Part shown: piece by piece, positions 36,785 through 50,700 of the stretch
How positions within the stretch are numbered: the stretch's first letter is position 1
Layout: every line of letters starts with the position of its first letter
Origin: Malacoraja senta
Taxonomy: Eukaryota
NCBI GenBank assembly: GCA_038087875.1
Contig: JAXLNO010005561.1
Coordinates: 1 to 64,000 of the forward strand
DNA length: 64,000 nucleotides
Direction: 5' to 3'
Made by a program: the position numbers and the translations under genes
Notes under the pieces: model-generated
The model's database searches: none
What the model was told of the DNA's origin: nothing
Seen by the model: the letters and a program-made list of their open reading frames with translations, nothing else

Positions 36785-37479
36785 TTTCATAATAACGATT
36801 GTTTGATGAAGAAGGGACTAGTGAAGAGTTAGTGTTGATGGACGGGACTGTAGAGTTAAGGCTAAAAAAATCAGATCAGCCACGATCTTATCGAACGGAG
36901 GAGCAATTTGCAGGATAGAGCAGCCTATTCCTGACCTAATCTTTGTGTAATTCTAATTCTGCTGCCACACAGAAACAAACATAGCTGGCGGCTGGTTACC
37001 TGACTCAGAACTGTAGGGACACAAATATCTGTGAAATTCGGGTCAGGTTAGCTTCGGAAAAATAATTATAAATCCTCTAGTTCTAGTGCAATTGGGCTGG
37101 GCAGATCTTTCTAAATAAACCCCAGAGCAGTGGGACATTTGCGAGCAGCGTGGATGGGCTGCCTTGTGTGGAGCAGGCCACGTTGCAGTGACAATGTTGA
37201 GGTTGCTTGGGCTAGGTTGAAAGACCTGACGTTGCTCAGGCTTGGGCTGCACCAGGGTTTCATTTTATTCCCGAGCAGACCTCTGTGCTGAAGGAAAATG
37301 GGGCATTCACTTCTCACTCTGCCAGTTAGACATGATCCTTTGGGAGGCAAAGTATGCAACCATGATTGTAACAAGGACTCTGAAGAGCAATTACCATAAC
37401 AACATCACCGTGTTAGGCCGTTCCAAAATTACATTTTAATGGAAACACAGCTACAGCTCTGGCAGATTTCTCGCGAAAT

Positions 37480-37793
37480 GGGCTGCACAGTGGCGCAAGT
37501 GTAGAGTTGCTGCCTTACAGTTCCAGAGACCCAGGTTTGATCCAGGCTATGGGTGCTGTCTGTACAGAGTTTGCAGAGTTCTTTCTGTGACAGCGTGGGT
37601 TTTCTCCAGTTTCCTCCCACACTCCAAAGGCATGCAGGTTTGTAGATTAATTGGCTTCTGTAGATTGTCCCTAGTTTGTAGGATAGAACTAGTGTACAGG
37701 TGATTGCTGGCTGATCGGCATGGACTCAGTGGGCCGAAGGGCCTGTTTCTCTAAATCAGATGGCCGTTCCCACGCTGTATCACTAAAACTAAA
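37480..37793 (+). mobile_element. V-SINE (HE1-like)
   Basis: Family head and tail. Confidence 0.8.
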
Positions 37794-38244
37794 AAAACGA
37801 AACAATAGTAAAATGGTCCAAACTCACCCCAGGTCTTGAGCTTAGAGTCATACAACACAGAAACAGGCCTTCAGCCCAACTAATCCAAGCCAACCAAGAT
37901 GTCACATCTAAGCTAGGCCCATTTGCCTGCTTTTGGCCCAGGAACCTGCTTTTGGCCCCTGCTTTAAGGAACTTGACAGGGATGATAGTGTTTACAATCA
38001 AGGGTCACAGACTCAAAATAGTAGACAACCATTTAAGACAGAGGTAAAAATAAATTTCTTCGGAATCTTTGGAATTCACTGCCCGGGGCTGTGAAGGCTG
38101 AGCAGCCAAGAACACCCAAAACAGGGATCAATAGATCTGTAGAAGGAATCACAAGGTGTGAAATTATTGTGTGAAGGGGATGTTGAGGTAAAATATATAC
38201 CATGATCTTAGCTGCTTCTATTTCTCATGTTAGAAATGTTTGCA

Positions 38245-38660
38245 TGAAGTACACCGCGGAGCCTGGGATCTCACGACGAGGTCGCCAGAGTCGGAGCATC
38301 GACCAGTGCGGCTCGTGGACTTCTGGAGCCGCGGTCTACTGGGAGGAGGCGGCCGCTCCAGACACTCCGGGCCGCTGAGAGTGTTCACCCGACGCCGGAG
38401 CTTCATCATCCGGCGAGAGGGCCTGAGCCATCGGGCTGCCGTATCGGCGACTGCAGAGGCCTCAATAGGCCCCGACTATGGGTGAACTGGGGATGGGACT
38501 GGACTTTGCTGCCTTCCCCCACAGTGGGAACCATTGTGGGGGGATGTTTTTATGTTGTTAAATTCTTTGATGTAATCTTTATTTGTGTGCTGCATGGCAA
38601 GTCAAATTTCACTGCACCAATTGGTGTATGTGACAATAAATGTCTATCTATCTATCTATC
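38245..38660 (+). mobile_element. CpG-rich non-autonomous retroposon with Rex1-like tail and (TCTA)n end
   Basis: GC/CpG-rich body, then ...tttcactgcaccaattggtgtatgtgacaataaa and (tcta)n. Candidate TSD TTTGCA at 38239-38244 and 38661-38666. Confidence 0.65.
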
Positions 38661-39428
38661 TTTGCAGAGTTGCGATCTTCCTGCTATGGAGCCACCCAGG
38701 CATCTCACCAAACAATTATCCTTCAACCACTAGACATGTATTATATGCACTGTTTGCAGGATCATGCTGTGTGTAGTTTGATATATTCAATACCCAAAGT
38801 TCTTTCTTATAATAACTCTGGAAGTAACCGGAGGGTAGGTCTGCATGATTTCCGTTGATCTCCTGCTATAACCATGTCCTAACCATCACATCCCTGGAGA
38901 TCTGCCAGTCTCCCATCGGAGTTAGAATGGGCAAGCCATGGAATTTTAGCTCCACTGTGTTTATTGCTCAGCAATAACAATCCCTAGAGTCCCAGCTTGT
39001 TATTTAAATTAATTCTACAACAATAAACATCATTGGCAAATAATTTCCGCACAGGTTTTGTTTTTCAATTCTGTCAAGCTGCTCTCTGGAAAGGCAACAG
39101 AAACGTTGCTGATTCACCACAGGGTTGAGTCAGGGTGAAGTCACCATATCTAGAAGCAGAGAGTGGGATGTTCTCTATGATAATGTTGGAAGTTTTTGCC
39201 TTGCTGTGTGACCCCAGTGAAAGAACTTGCTTCATCAAGAAGTGAGACAGCAACACAGCAAAATGAATAAAGTTATTCAGACCCTTTGCAGTCGATTAGA
39301 TCTTTGCCAACCTGTATCTCTGCTCCATTTACCTGGCTTTATTCCACAATCCTCGATACCCTCAGCTAAAGCAAACTTTTGATCATGTTTTCAATATATC
39401 AGATGGGCCAGCATGCATTCCCATTAGG

Positions 39429-39522
39429 TAGACACAAAATGCTGGAGTAACTCAGCAGGACAGGCAGCATCTCTGGAGAGAAGGAATGGGTGATGTTTTG
39501 GGTCGAGGCCCTTCTTCAGACC
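39429..39522 (-). repeat. Penelope-terminus repeat (core decayed at CpG)
   Basis: tagacacaaaatgctggagtaactcagc...gggtgatgttttgggtcgaggcccttcttcagac. Confidence 0.8.
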
Positions 39523-40044
39523 CGTCTTCAGATAATGCATTCCCATTATCTTTTTGCTCCCTCAAGTTGCTCCCTCATTTCATGCTTCAGAACTGGGCTT
39601 GCGAGAGCACAGCTTGTTGTTCCGAATGGCACCATCACTATCACCGCAGCAAATTGTTTCTTTAATTCTACCTCCTCAGATCCCTGAATTATTTTAAAGG
39701 ACATGATTAGATTACCTCGAAACATCTGAGTCAAAGGATGTCAGAATCAAGTAAGAAAACGACTTTACATCATTTTAAAGAGTTTCCCAACTAGTCCAAC
39801 ACACAATACCCCATCAGAAAGACTTTGCCACAGGGGAAAGGGTGCAAAAAAGTGAAGCTTTTTTATACCATTGAAATATCAGTGGTATGAACAATGAAAG
39901 TAGAATCATGAACTATTTAACACCAAGATGACAGGCAATTTTATACCTCAAACAATTACTACCTATGTGTGAAAATTATAAACAAAAATAGAAAAACTGA
40001 ATACTACTGAATATTTAGTAATGTTTGTCCACATATTAAGAAAA

Positions 40045-40275
40045 GGAGATGTGCAGGTGATTTTGTTTTGCAGAGGGTGGTGGGTGCCTGGAACATACTG
40101 CCAGGGGTAGTGGTGGAGGCAGATATGAGAGTGTTATTTAAGAGGCTTTCAGATAGACAAATAGATAGGCAGGGAATGGAGGAATATGGATCATATTCAG
40201 GCAGAGGTGATTAGTTAACTTGGCATCACGTTTGGCTCAGAAGGGCCTGTTCCTGTGCTGTATTGTTCTATGTTC
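40045..40275 (+). mobile_element. CR1 LINE 3' fragment
   Basis: cagagggtggtgggtgcctggaac...gaagggcctgttcctgtgctgtattgttctatgttcta. Confidence 0.8.
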
Positions 40276-41623
40276 TAAATAACCGTACCTCACTAGCCGC
40301 ATGATAGTGGTTTACCTGCTAGAATTGATCATTTATTGTGCATATTGTGGTGTTATTGCATTAATGGGCCTGCAAGGCTACAGCAAGTAAGAATTTCATT
40401 GTTCACCCAGTTCCATTGCATACGACAATTAAACATCTTTACTTTTGATATTTATGTGGGAAAAACTACTTTAAACAGCTCTTTTGCTGAGGTCTACAAT
40501 TTTTTTATCCTCAGAATTTGTTGATTAAACAAGATTGAATCAATTTTACAGTTTCCATTCCTTAAAATGTATTTTCAATCAAGCCACAGCTTGTTAAAAT
40601 TACATTCATTATCATGACCTAGAATCAGTAATATTCTAAATATTTTTACTTTTTGCACTTGCATAAAGTGTTTATATAAACTCCATATCAGCAAGACATT
40701 GGCACCCACAGGCCCCCACCTCACATTTCCACTCTTGCGCGGGTGGTTAGACTGTGGAAGGGTGGCACTTCCTCTGCATCTCTCTGCAGTGTAACTAATG
40801 GCTACAAGTTCTGATAAAGGCTTTTATGCAAAGTGAAAGAAGCCACAAGAAGTGGGTTGTGTTTGTTACCACTCTTAGACTTCAAGGACTAGCAGTTCAG
40901 ACAAACTGGTCTCTGAGCGTGAGTCATACAAAAAACAAGCAGAGACGACAGTAGGAAGGAAGTCGAACCAAGTCGACAGAAGGTCATAACGTCTGAGGCA
41001 ATGGGTGCAACCACACAAAAGTAAATGCTTCATGCATTTGACATTGAGCCACATTTTTGGTACAAACTGTTCCAATTAGTGAACACCTAATTTCACCTTC
41101 CTGCTGATTTTCACAACAATTTGGTTGTATTCGGTTTCTTTTGACAGCTCTCAATTCTATCTTTCAACAAAGAGTGAATTTAAAGTACCAAGTCCACAAA
41201 CATGGAGGCAGAAGAGACTGCAGAAGCTGGAATCTGGAGCAAAAAACAGAGTGCTGAGGAACTCAGTGGGTCAGAAGGCTTGTTGATGTTTTGGGTCAAG
41301 AGCCTGCAATAGGGCTGAGAGTGGAGAGGTGGGGGGTGATAGGGTGGGCTGAGGTGGGGGCTGGCAGGTGGTGGATGGAACCACCCGCCAGTCAGTCCAC
41401 AATCTTATTCAGCTGTAGCACGTAGTCCATGACGTTGTGCTCATGTACAACCATTACACTCTATGTAACTGTGGCATTAACGTCTGGTTTTTATTATTGG
41501 GCTAGCAGTATATTTAAATCTTTCAGAAACTTAAAAAGAAATCATCATTCATCAAACTGAGTCAAGCTCTCCCGTTGATCCATCGTGGGGTGGGAAATTT
41601 ACCAAATGGTAATGTTAAGCCTC

Positions 41624-41929
41624 TTAGTTTGTAGATATACAGCTTGGAAACAGGCCCTTCTGCCCACTGAGACCGCGCCAACAAGCGATCACCCATACAG
41701 TAGTTCCATGTCATCCCAATTTCGTATCCTACACACTGGGGGCAATTTACAGAAGCCAATTAACTTAAAAACCCACACGTCTTTGGGATGTGGGAGCAAA
41801 ACCTGAGCATACAGAGGAAACCCATGCAGTCACACATGGATCGGGCAAACTCCACACAGACAGTAGCTGAGGTCAGGATTGAACCCAGGTCTCTGGCTCT
41901 TTGGGGCAGTAGTTTTACTGCTGTGTACC
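41624..41929 (-). mobile_element. V-SINE (HE1-like)
   Basis: Family consensus, reverse strand. Confidence 0.8.
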
Positions 41930-43356
41930 CAAATAGTACTGCATTTACAGAGTTAAAACTATGTTGCCTCACAACATAAAGATACAAAGATGTTGAGCTT
42001 CCAGCTCACCAAGCAAGACCACTGTATGTATTCAGACATTGGTTTTCCGGAATATCTGTAGCCGACTAACGAGACGTCTAGCTATCAATGATAGGTCATA
42101 CTTCAGGTTTTCATGAGTAAGTCAGACTAGCTGGTGAATCACCAGGTCAGCTGGTCTACGTGGTTTGATCAGGAGCTGAATCAGCAAAGCTCCTAACATA
42201 GGTTGACTTGCCGTTATACTGTTATTACCGAGTGGGTGTAATTGTTCCATTGCAACAGCAAGAAAGAACCCACATGCTACTCTGGATGGATTCTCACAAC
42301 AACATGCCAACAGAAAGATGTGAAGGATAGAGTTGGCATTGAGGATCGCTGTGGAGTGCACTGGGGATTGGTGCGCTCAATGCATTCTTTGTGCTGCCTA
42401 GAAACTGCATCGTGCAACCAGCAGTAACCCCAATTTCAGATGAATATATAACTCAGCAGGGATGTAGCATTATTTAAAGATAGCCTCTCTTCTTTTAGCT
42501 AATCTGCACTGGTGAAAGGGCCAGATACATGTGCATACCCAACAAAAGTTTACAACAGCGCTGGTGGACCGCCAGATGTGGTTGATCACAATCCTAACAT
42601 TAAATACAGTATTCAAGCCTCAACTGTTGCATGATCCTGACAAAAGGATTACATATAAAGATCTTAGCAGCAAGATTGGCCAACAAGGTACAATGAAAAC
42701 ATTGTCGTGTTTTTATCTGCCTGCCTACATATTTGGGAATTGCTGATTTCGGTGATCAATTAACAACAATACTTCCACATAAGATTTTTACTGCAAGTCT
42801 GACTTTCAGTTCTGCGGTGTTATTTTCCTGAAGGCTTTTAGCTGGGGCACCAGGGAGGGCAAGGCACTTTGGGGATTAAATGATGCTCTGCGTTTTTTTT
42901 TCACTTCCTGTTGATTAAAACACGAGATGGAATGAGCGTTAGAAAATCCAGCAGTGGCTTTCGTTTTTACTCAATTGCTAGCTTTTCACGTCTTCTGCAC
43001 TGAATAGCAATGTGATGTCACTTTAATTGATAAGATTCCAGTGAAGAGATACAATACAGGTTTGGAAAATATAATTAGCAATGCAAGTAGTGACATGAAG
43101 CTAAAATTGAAACAGGAATGCTGCTAAACCAATGACTTGGCTGGAAAGCAGGGCTGAGGCAATGGCAGGATTCAGTGTCTGCCACATCTCCCCTGCACCC
43201 ACTTCTCACGGCTAGAACTGAGAGGGGAGGTGGCAGAATTATGATGTTTTGGTTGGCTTGTCCACACCGAAGGGCTAAATCCAACCCTTAATAATACTAA
43301 TTTAACTCATGTTGGGGGTGGGGGGGTAGTTAAGCTACAATTGTAGCCAGCCTTCC

Positions 43357-43568
43357 AGAGTTTGTATGTTCTCCTTGTGCGTGCGCAGGTTTTCCATTGG
43401 TGCTCAAGTTTTCTCCCACACTCCAAAGACGTACATGTTTGTAGATTATAAATTGTCCCTCGTATGCAGGATAATGCTAGTGTACAGTGTGATTGCTAAT
43501 CAGTGCGGATTTAGTGGGCCGAAGGGCCTGTTTCCACACTGTATCTCCAAACTAAATTTAACTAAACT
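43357..43568 (+). mobile_element. 5'-truncated V-SINE
   Basis: gagtttgtatgttctcc...gggccgaagggcctgtttccacactgtatctccaaactaaa. Confidence 0.8.
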
Positions 43569-44722
43569 GAAGACTGCATAACAATGGGTGCTCCAAAGAC
43601 AACATGGTCTCATCTCCTGTAATGGATCACATCGGCAACTATACCATTCCATGCCCCTGGCCCATGTTTTGGTACAAGGGCAACTCGGTTGAAATCAAAC
43701 AAAAATGGCCATTATTGCATTTCACTCCAGAAAACAAAAGCACAATTTTCAATTGCATAAAGCTAAAGAAAGAATTCAATTTCTAGGCCTGTGGCTCGTG
43801 CTTCAGAAATAAAAAGATTCAAGGGCGCTCAGCATGTGAGTCTGGGAATGATCGCAGAGGCATGCTTCTACTAACAGGATGGCCCGAAGCTTTGCAGCAA
43901 ACATGTGCTACGAGGGGAGTGTGATGGTGATTTCTACAGACAGCTAAAGAGGCTTTGAAACACTAATACAGTAATTGGCTGTCTGGCTTCATCCGCAGTC
44001 TCTGAGCTTGGAAGGTTTCATAAGTAATAAATGTTCTTGAAAAAAAGCTCAGGTCTTGCAGCTTTCTAGGCCCTTTGGGGATTTTGGCGACTGTCTGTGC
44101 ACTCTCCTGTTTTGATGTTACCCTTTATAATGGGATCAGACGAGCCTAAAGTTTAACAAGACGAAGCCTGCATCTGTAGCTGTTCCCTGACCTGCATTGT
44201 TCACACTTGCTTGCCTTTGTGTGTCCAGGGAGCCAGCTGGCAGGACTGATTAGGAAGGATGGCAGGTGAGCTTCCATGTTCTTAAGTTTTAACATTTATT
44301 ACTGGAAATAATTCTATCAAACAAAATGTAAAAAAGGCCTTAAAACCTATCTTAAGTCAAGATGGGCTGAATAGATTCTCCGGGCAGCTGATTAATTTAG
44401 AAGCTTCATATGAGGTGTTTTGTGGGTAGATGTAACAGTCCAATAAACTACTGGGATGAATTAACATTTACTCATGTTTCAATGCTGTTGCAGGGTAACT
44501 CTAATCATTCACCAATAATGCTCTAGATTATGTGATGTAATGATTATTTTAAAGGAACACCACCATTATAGGAACAAATGTTTCAAGAGTTAATTTTCAT
44601 GATGGTGACTTGCTTCAGTGCCACAATACCACCCTTCCAAATGATTCAATAAGATGGAGACTCCCTTGTTGCAGATTTTATACCATTATTGGGAGCATGC
44701 CCACCAAGCATCCAATAATAAA

Positions 44723-44810
44723 CGAAGAAGGTTCCGACCCGAAACGTCACCTATCCATGTTCTCCAGAGATGCTGCCTGACCCGTTGAATTACTCCAGCA
44801 ATTTGTGTCC
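44723..44810 (+). repeat. Penelope-terminus repeat
   Basis: gaagaaggttccgacccgaaacgtcacc...ttactccagcaatttgtgtc. Confidence 0.8.
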
Positions 44811-46329
44811 ATCTCCAATAATACTGGTGCAGTTCATTCCCCTTTGAGACCAGGCGTTTAGCAAGCAACTGCTGTAGAAATCACAGAGACGCTGAGCCAG
44901 GCTGACTTTAAGGAATCTGCAGCAGCATTCCTGCCTCCCCCCCCCCCCCCCAAGGCCTCCAGGAACACATGGGAATTGCCAGCAGGCTCCAAACCTAGAG
45001 CTGGAGCTGATCATGTGAAGCATGCAGGGTCTGGAGGCCAGGCCAGGACTTCCTGCTGGGGCAAAATGTGATCTTGTGGACGTTGTTCAAAAACTGATAT
45101 AGATAGCGACAGAACCCACTGCGGAACACTACATGAAGAGAGAGACCATGTGGGGGACAGTTGTCAGCCTGTGACTCAAGACACTTCATAATTTTAAGCA
45201 GAAACAAAGGCAAATGTTTGGCTGTTTCTTCATACTTCCTCATTTTTAGAATTCTAGTATTTGCTTTTTTTAAATTTGAATTTATAAAACTGGGAAATAC
45301 TTCAGAACACAAGGAAACATGCAAGGGCTGTCAGCTCCATGCTTGCTCCGTCTCCCTATAGAGCCTGCCTTCAAACTGGAACAACTGTCCAGATTGCTGT
45401 GCATGAGACCACTTTGCTCATGTTCAGCAAGACAGAAGGGCTCCACAATAATCCAGCCAGACATAATCAATACCGTTCTGTTTCTGAACCCAGACTGCAG
45501 GCACCTGGTTAGTGTTATAAAATCTACACACAGGAAAAATGAGACCCTACTTCCTCTATCATGCCAAGTCAAAGTATTTATTACAGCTAATCTTTTGGCA
45601 GCAAAGAAAGAAAATGTATCGTGGGGGCCTCTTTGACCCGGAAACATGATTGTTTATATTCAGAGAAAACAGTATTAAAAGCATGTAGATCTGCATATAT
45701 CATTCTGCGTTTAATATATTTTGTTACAAAATGTGGAATGCTTAAAGATAAAGTAAATGACCAATAAACAGCTGTTAAAATGCACAGTAATTCTCACACC
45801 CGGAAAAACATTACGTTGTTTAAAAAAAAAACTGAATCTGTAATAAGAGGCCCGACCTGTGCTATTTTGTGTGATTTGTCTAAGGCGTTGATACTTCATT
45901 TGATTGAGCATGCAAAGGGGGTTTCGTGCAAGCATGTCTGTGCAGATGGAACAGAGCCAACCAATTACTGTCCCCAGAGGAGGAAGTGGCACTGTCGGAA
46001 TTGGATTTGATTTGGGAAGTTATTTGTGGAAAAGATGCACAATGCATTTCTTTGCCTACTCTCCCATTATTTCTTCACCCATTGCAAACCTGGAGCTACA
46101 ATGGAAAAAAACTATTCGTTACATCGGAGAGACACAAGTTCAATAATATCAGGAATTTAAGACTATGAAAAAAGTGAAGCCAAACTTTTATTGCATAAAA
46201 TGTGCAAAAATCTGAGAGGGATGCTCACTAAATCAGAGGGGATACTGGAGGGGCACAGTGGGGTGGGGGTAAACCAGGGACATTGCTCCAAGGATAAAGG
46301 ATTGGAAGATCTGCTGAGAACGATTATAG

Positions 46330-46680
46330 TCACTGTCATAGAGATATACAGCATACACAAATTCCATTCAGCCCAACTCATCCATGACAAACAGGATGCC
46401 TTTCTTCACAAATCTCATTTGCCTTTATTAGGGCTATACCTCTCTATTCCTTTCCTATCCAGGCATTTATCCAAATGTCCTTCAAATGCTGTAATTCTAC
46501 CCACCTCTACCATTTCCTCTGGTAGCTTGTTTCATATAGCCAACACCCTCATGTGTGGAAAAACGTGCACCTCAAATCTCCTTTACATTTGTTCCTTCTC
46601 GTCTTAATTTTTTACTCTCTAGGTTTAGACTCGCCTACCCTAGGAGAAGGACTTTGACTATTTATCTTCTACACCCTTCA
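46330..46680 (-). mobile_element. Degenerate CR1 3' fragment
   Basis: Similar to the 3040-3380 copy. Confidence 0.7.
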
Positions 46681-47404
46681 TAATGTTGTCTGCAGAAGTA
46701 CACTGCATCTGGTATATAGGAAACTCAGCCCAGATTGTCTGCATCTCAGTAGATGAAGATGGAGGCAAGTCTGGACATGGCTGCGCTCCACTCCAGCTCA
46801 TATTTCAAACGTTTTACAATGTACAAGAGCAAAAGAAATATTATACATTCATACCTGTTCTCACTGCACTTACCACACATCTGGACTGCACATCACAATT
46901 AAACTAAAACAGTACAAAAATCTCATTTTTTAAAAACTTGCTGATTAGAGAGTTAACTAATGGTTTCTTTATTTCTGGTAAAATAAGCCAAGTTTCTAAC
47001 TAAGCAAATTCCTCAGGAGACAAAACACCGCATGCTTCATTCGCATTCCACTGATAAAGAATGAGCAAATCTCAAATGATTGCTTTCCATTTTTTCTTTC
47101 CCGATCCTCAGCAACGGCACCGGAAGAGTTATCAGTGGTATCAATTGTACAGACATCCCCTCAACAATGGTAAGCCCACCAGTGCTCAAGACAGATTTGA
47201 ACAGTGCAGCTTCGTGCCAGACTTTGTTATAGTCTTGACTCAAAATGAACTGAATACGAGAGCTGAGAATCATTGTTGTTGATATTTCTAACATTATCAG
47301 TGGGTCTGTGATGGTGTATGGCTGCAGCCATCTTGGACACACAGGACAATGGGCGGAGCAGTGAATGAATGAGGTGATTTCAACCATGATGCTCCTGAGG
47401 AACA

Positions 47405-47720
47405 AGGACAAAGTGCTGGAGTAACTCAGTGGGTTAGGAAGCATCTCTGGAGCACATGGACAGGCGATGTTTCGGGTTGGGACCCTTCTTCAAATTGATT
47501 GTAGTAAGGGCGAGAAACCTGGACAAGAGACGAGGGAGGGACAAGTCTGACCAGTGATTGGTGGATCCAGATGAGGGTTTCTTTTTTGACTGGCAGATGG
47601 TTCGACAAAGGCCAGAGATGAAAAGACAAATGATGTGAGATAAGGATCGAGGAGGCACAAAATGAAGCCATTGGAAGGAATATAGGAGCAGGGGCACAGT
47701 AGGGGAGAGGGGTGAAATGG
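47405..47720 (-). repeat. Longer Penelope-terminus repeat including upstream pyrimidine-rich segment
   Basis: aagtgctggagtaactcagt...tttcgggttgggacccttcttcaaattg, then a purine-rich extension on +. Confidence 0.75.
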
Positions 47721-50700
47721 GTCATTTCCAGCACCTTCAACGTGATCCCACTACTTCCCACCCCACCCCACCCATCCATGCATGCATATAATCAGCTTTC
47801 AACCTAATCTGATCAGATTAGGTTAAAATACTTCCAATATGTTACTGGGAAGATATTAGTGGAAGTGCTACATCCAAGGTTGCTATATCTCCATGCATTT
47901 TGGCAAAGCGCTATTATTTTTCAAATAAGTAAACAGTTGTCAGTCCTTACTTTGCCAAACCTGTGATTTCCAAGCATTTTAACCTCTGAAAGTACATATC
48001 AACGTTTTGTGCTTGTTCCAGGCCCCGCTGAAACATTGGCTTTGTGAGCTGTGTACTTTAATCGCAGAGTAAATGGCACAGTCTTTGCAGCTGCAGCTTG
48101 GAGACAGTTCAGATTCGGAGAGCTGTGCCAGGTCCCACCTCTTTATCAGCCTCCGCTTTGTAGTGTTCCCACACAAGGGCTGCCAAGTAAAACTGCAGAG
48201 GGGAAAAAGAGCTTTCTCTATAGAATTCGCAGGCCTGGTTTCGCCTAGTCTCAACCCCTGGCTGTTTGCCAACACGGCAAGGATTACAGCATTAAAGTGC
48301 TGATAGCACTGCTTGGCTCTTCCTTCCTGCACCAAGATGACAGGGCTGGCACAAGATCAATCTCATGTTATTGAGGCTGCTGTTTCCACCTTAAAACCTC
48401 TGGGAGCATTGTCTGTCACCCACTCTGTTCCTCTGGGTCAACTTTGTTATATTAGAACACAATTGCCTTCCCTAAATTGGAACGAGCACCATACACAAGA
48501 GAATAAGCTTCATGTATTCAGACCAAAATGGGCCATGGACTGGGATTTGTCATGTACAACTCAAGTAGGCTTTGTAAAATTCAGTATGAAACTGAAACAT
48601 CGGCAAAATAACCTTTGCAAAGACTGTGCCATTTACTCTGCGATTGCAGCCGTTTCCCTGCAAAGTTTAAACAATGCTACCATGTGCCTGCATTTCAACT
48701 ATGTACAGCAATCTTATCTAATGGACTGCCTTTGCTGTTTCTATCCTTTCTGGAGGAGCTGAATCATTCTCTCAGATATCAGTGGGTTTCTGGTAGCTTA
48801 GTCATTCTCCATGTCCAGTCCATGGCTAACCAGTTGACTGCAGGACGGCTAACTCTCCAAGGCAAGGTGCTCCTTCCACTTTGAAAAAGTCATCGCAGAT
48901 AAGAATAAATATGACTTGAGGGGCAACATTTTCACACAGTGGGTGGTGAGTACATGGAACTGTTGAGGCAGGTATAATGACGACATGTAAAAGATTGTTG
49001 CATGGATCAGAAAAGTTGAGAGGGATATTGGGCCAAATGTGGATAAATGGAACTAGCTTGGATGAGGCACCATGGATCAGTTGGGCCAAAGGGCATGTTT
49101 CTGTGCTGCATGACTATAAAGTAGCATTTTTTTCTCTCTTAATGAAAAATGAATTTGAAAGCAATAGCTTAGAAATTCAATTGCACCTTTTTGGAATGAT
49201 TCACCAAATAAACTGCACGACAAATGTTTGGAGAAGAAAAATCAGGGACTTCCTGTCTTCTGCGAGGAGACTACTGTTCCCCTTCCGGTTGTCAGTGTGT
49301 CCAAATCCACGCTGGCTCCCAATGGAGGCACTCGCCATGCTCAGTGGTATATGATAAAATAGAATTTTCCTCTGCTCCACTTCTTTGCTTTCCACCCAGG
49401 AATACATGCCACCCGAGCAGATTAACCTCAACACATGGAAGCTTCTGTTTTAGAGACAAAGGCATGAGAAGCCCTGGACACTTACTTCAGGCAGTTCATC
49501 TTTTGGTAAAATGCACAACCTTCACAATGACATTCTCTCAGTGTCCTGGTGTACATTTATCCCTCAGCCTGACATAGTCACAGAGCTATACAGCACGAAA
49601 ACAGACCATTCTGCCCAACTTGTCCATACTGACCATCTGCTCATTTACCCCATAGCATTACTGGCTGTAATACTGCAATGATGCAGAAGCCACTGATCTC
49701 TTGCTAGAACGGCTTATGAAAATAAAATAACGTAAGCATGCAAAAATGACTGCCGTGTGTTGTGCGTAAAAAGAAAATCCAGAAGCACCAAACAATGGAA
49801 TGCAAGGACAGGGAGAACTTGATGCTGAGATGAAAAGGAGATGGCGAGGCTATATCCCAAAAGCTTCTGATGAGAACTTAAATAAAATTACATCTTCTGA
49901 AATGATTACACTGCAAATGTTCACAAAGGTTGAAGCGTACTTAACTGCTAAGTGATGCTTGGCTGCTTCAGTCAACAGGAAAATAATTACATCAAATACG
50001 TGCAACTGTCAACAGCATGGTTCAGTAATCTGATAATTAGTTTCTGGGATATTTAATTAGAAAATAACGCACCCCAAATCCACCCTCTATCATGCATCAG
50101 CCCCATCCCATGATTGTTAACTTAACTGCTTTGCAAACAGAGACTCTGGAGCTGTAAGCCTGCTGAGATGCTGCTGCCACTTTCATGTCAATATGAAGTG
50201 GTTCTCATGTAAAAGTGTCAGGATGTCTGAAACAGGCAGGTGTCAAATCTTAGTTTTTTATGGCCTTGGCTTTATTCGTTTCAAATCCACAACCGTCTTC
50301 AAGAAAGCATCCAAATCCAGATTGAGTTGCTATCAAATGAAATATAACAAACTCATCGCAAACCCATATTTAAAAATACATCTGCACTTTGGAACATGAA
50401 AGGTACTGCATGGCAGGCTTAAAATTACTTAGAATTTCTGGCATCAAAGTGCATTTAGTTCATCAGGTTAAGTGGCTAAAACAATGTGCTGAAACTCAAT
50501 GGGTCAGGTAGTAACTGTGGAGGGAATGGATGGACGATGATTCGGGTCGGGATCCTTTTTTCAATCTGGAAAATCGTCTGCCCGTTTCCTCTACGGATGC
50601 AGCCTGACCTGCTGTGTTCCTCCAGTACATTTTCCCCCCTCAAGACTCCAGCAGCTGCAGTTTCTTGTGTCTGCAGGTTAAGTGGCTGTTCAGCACAGAT

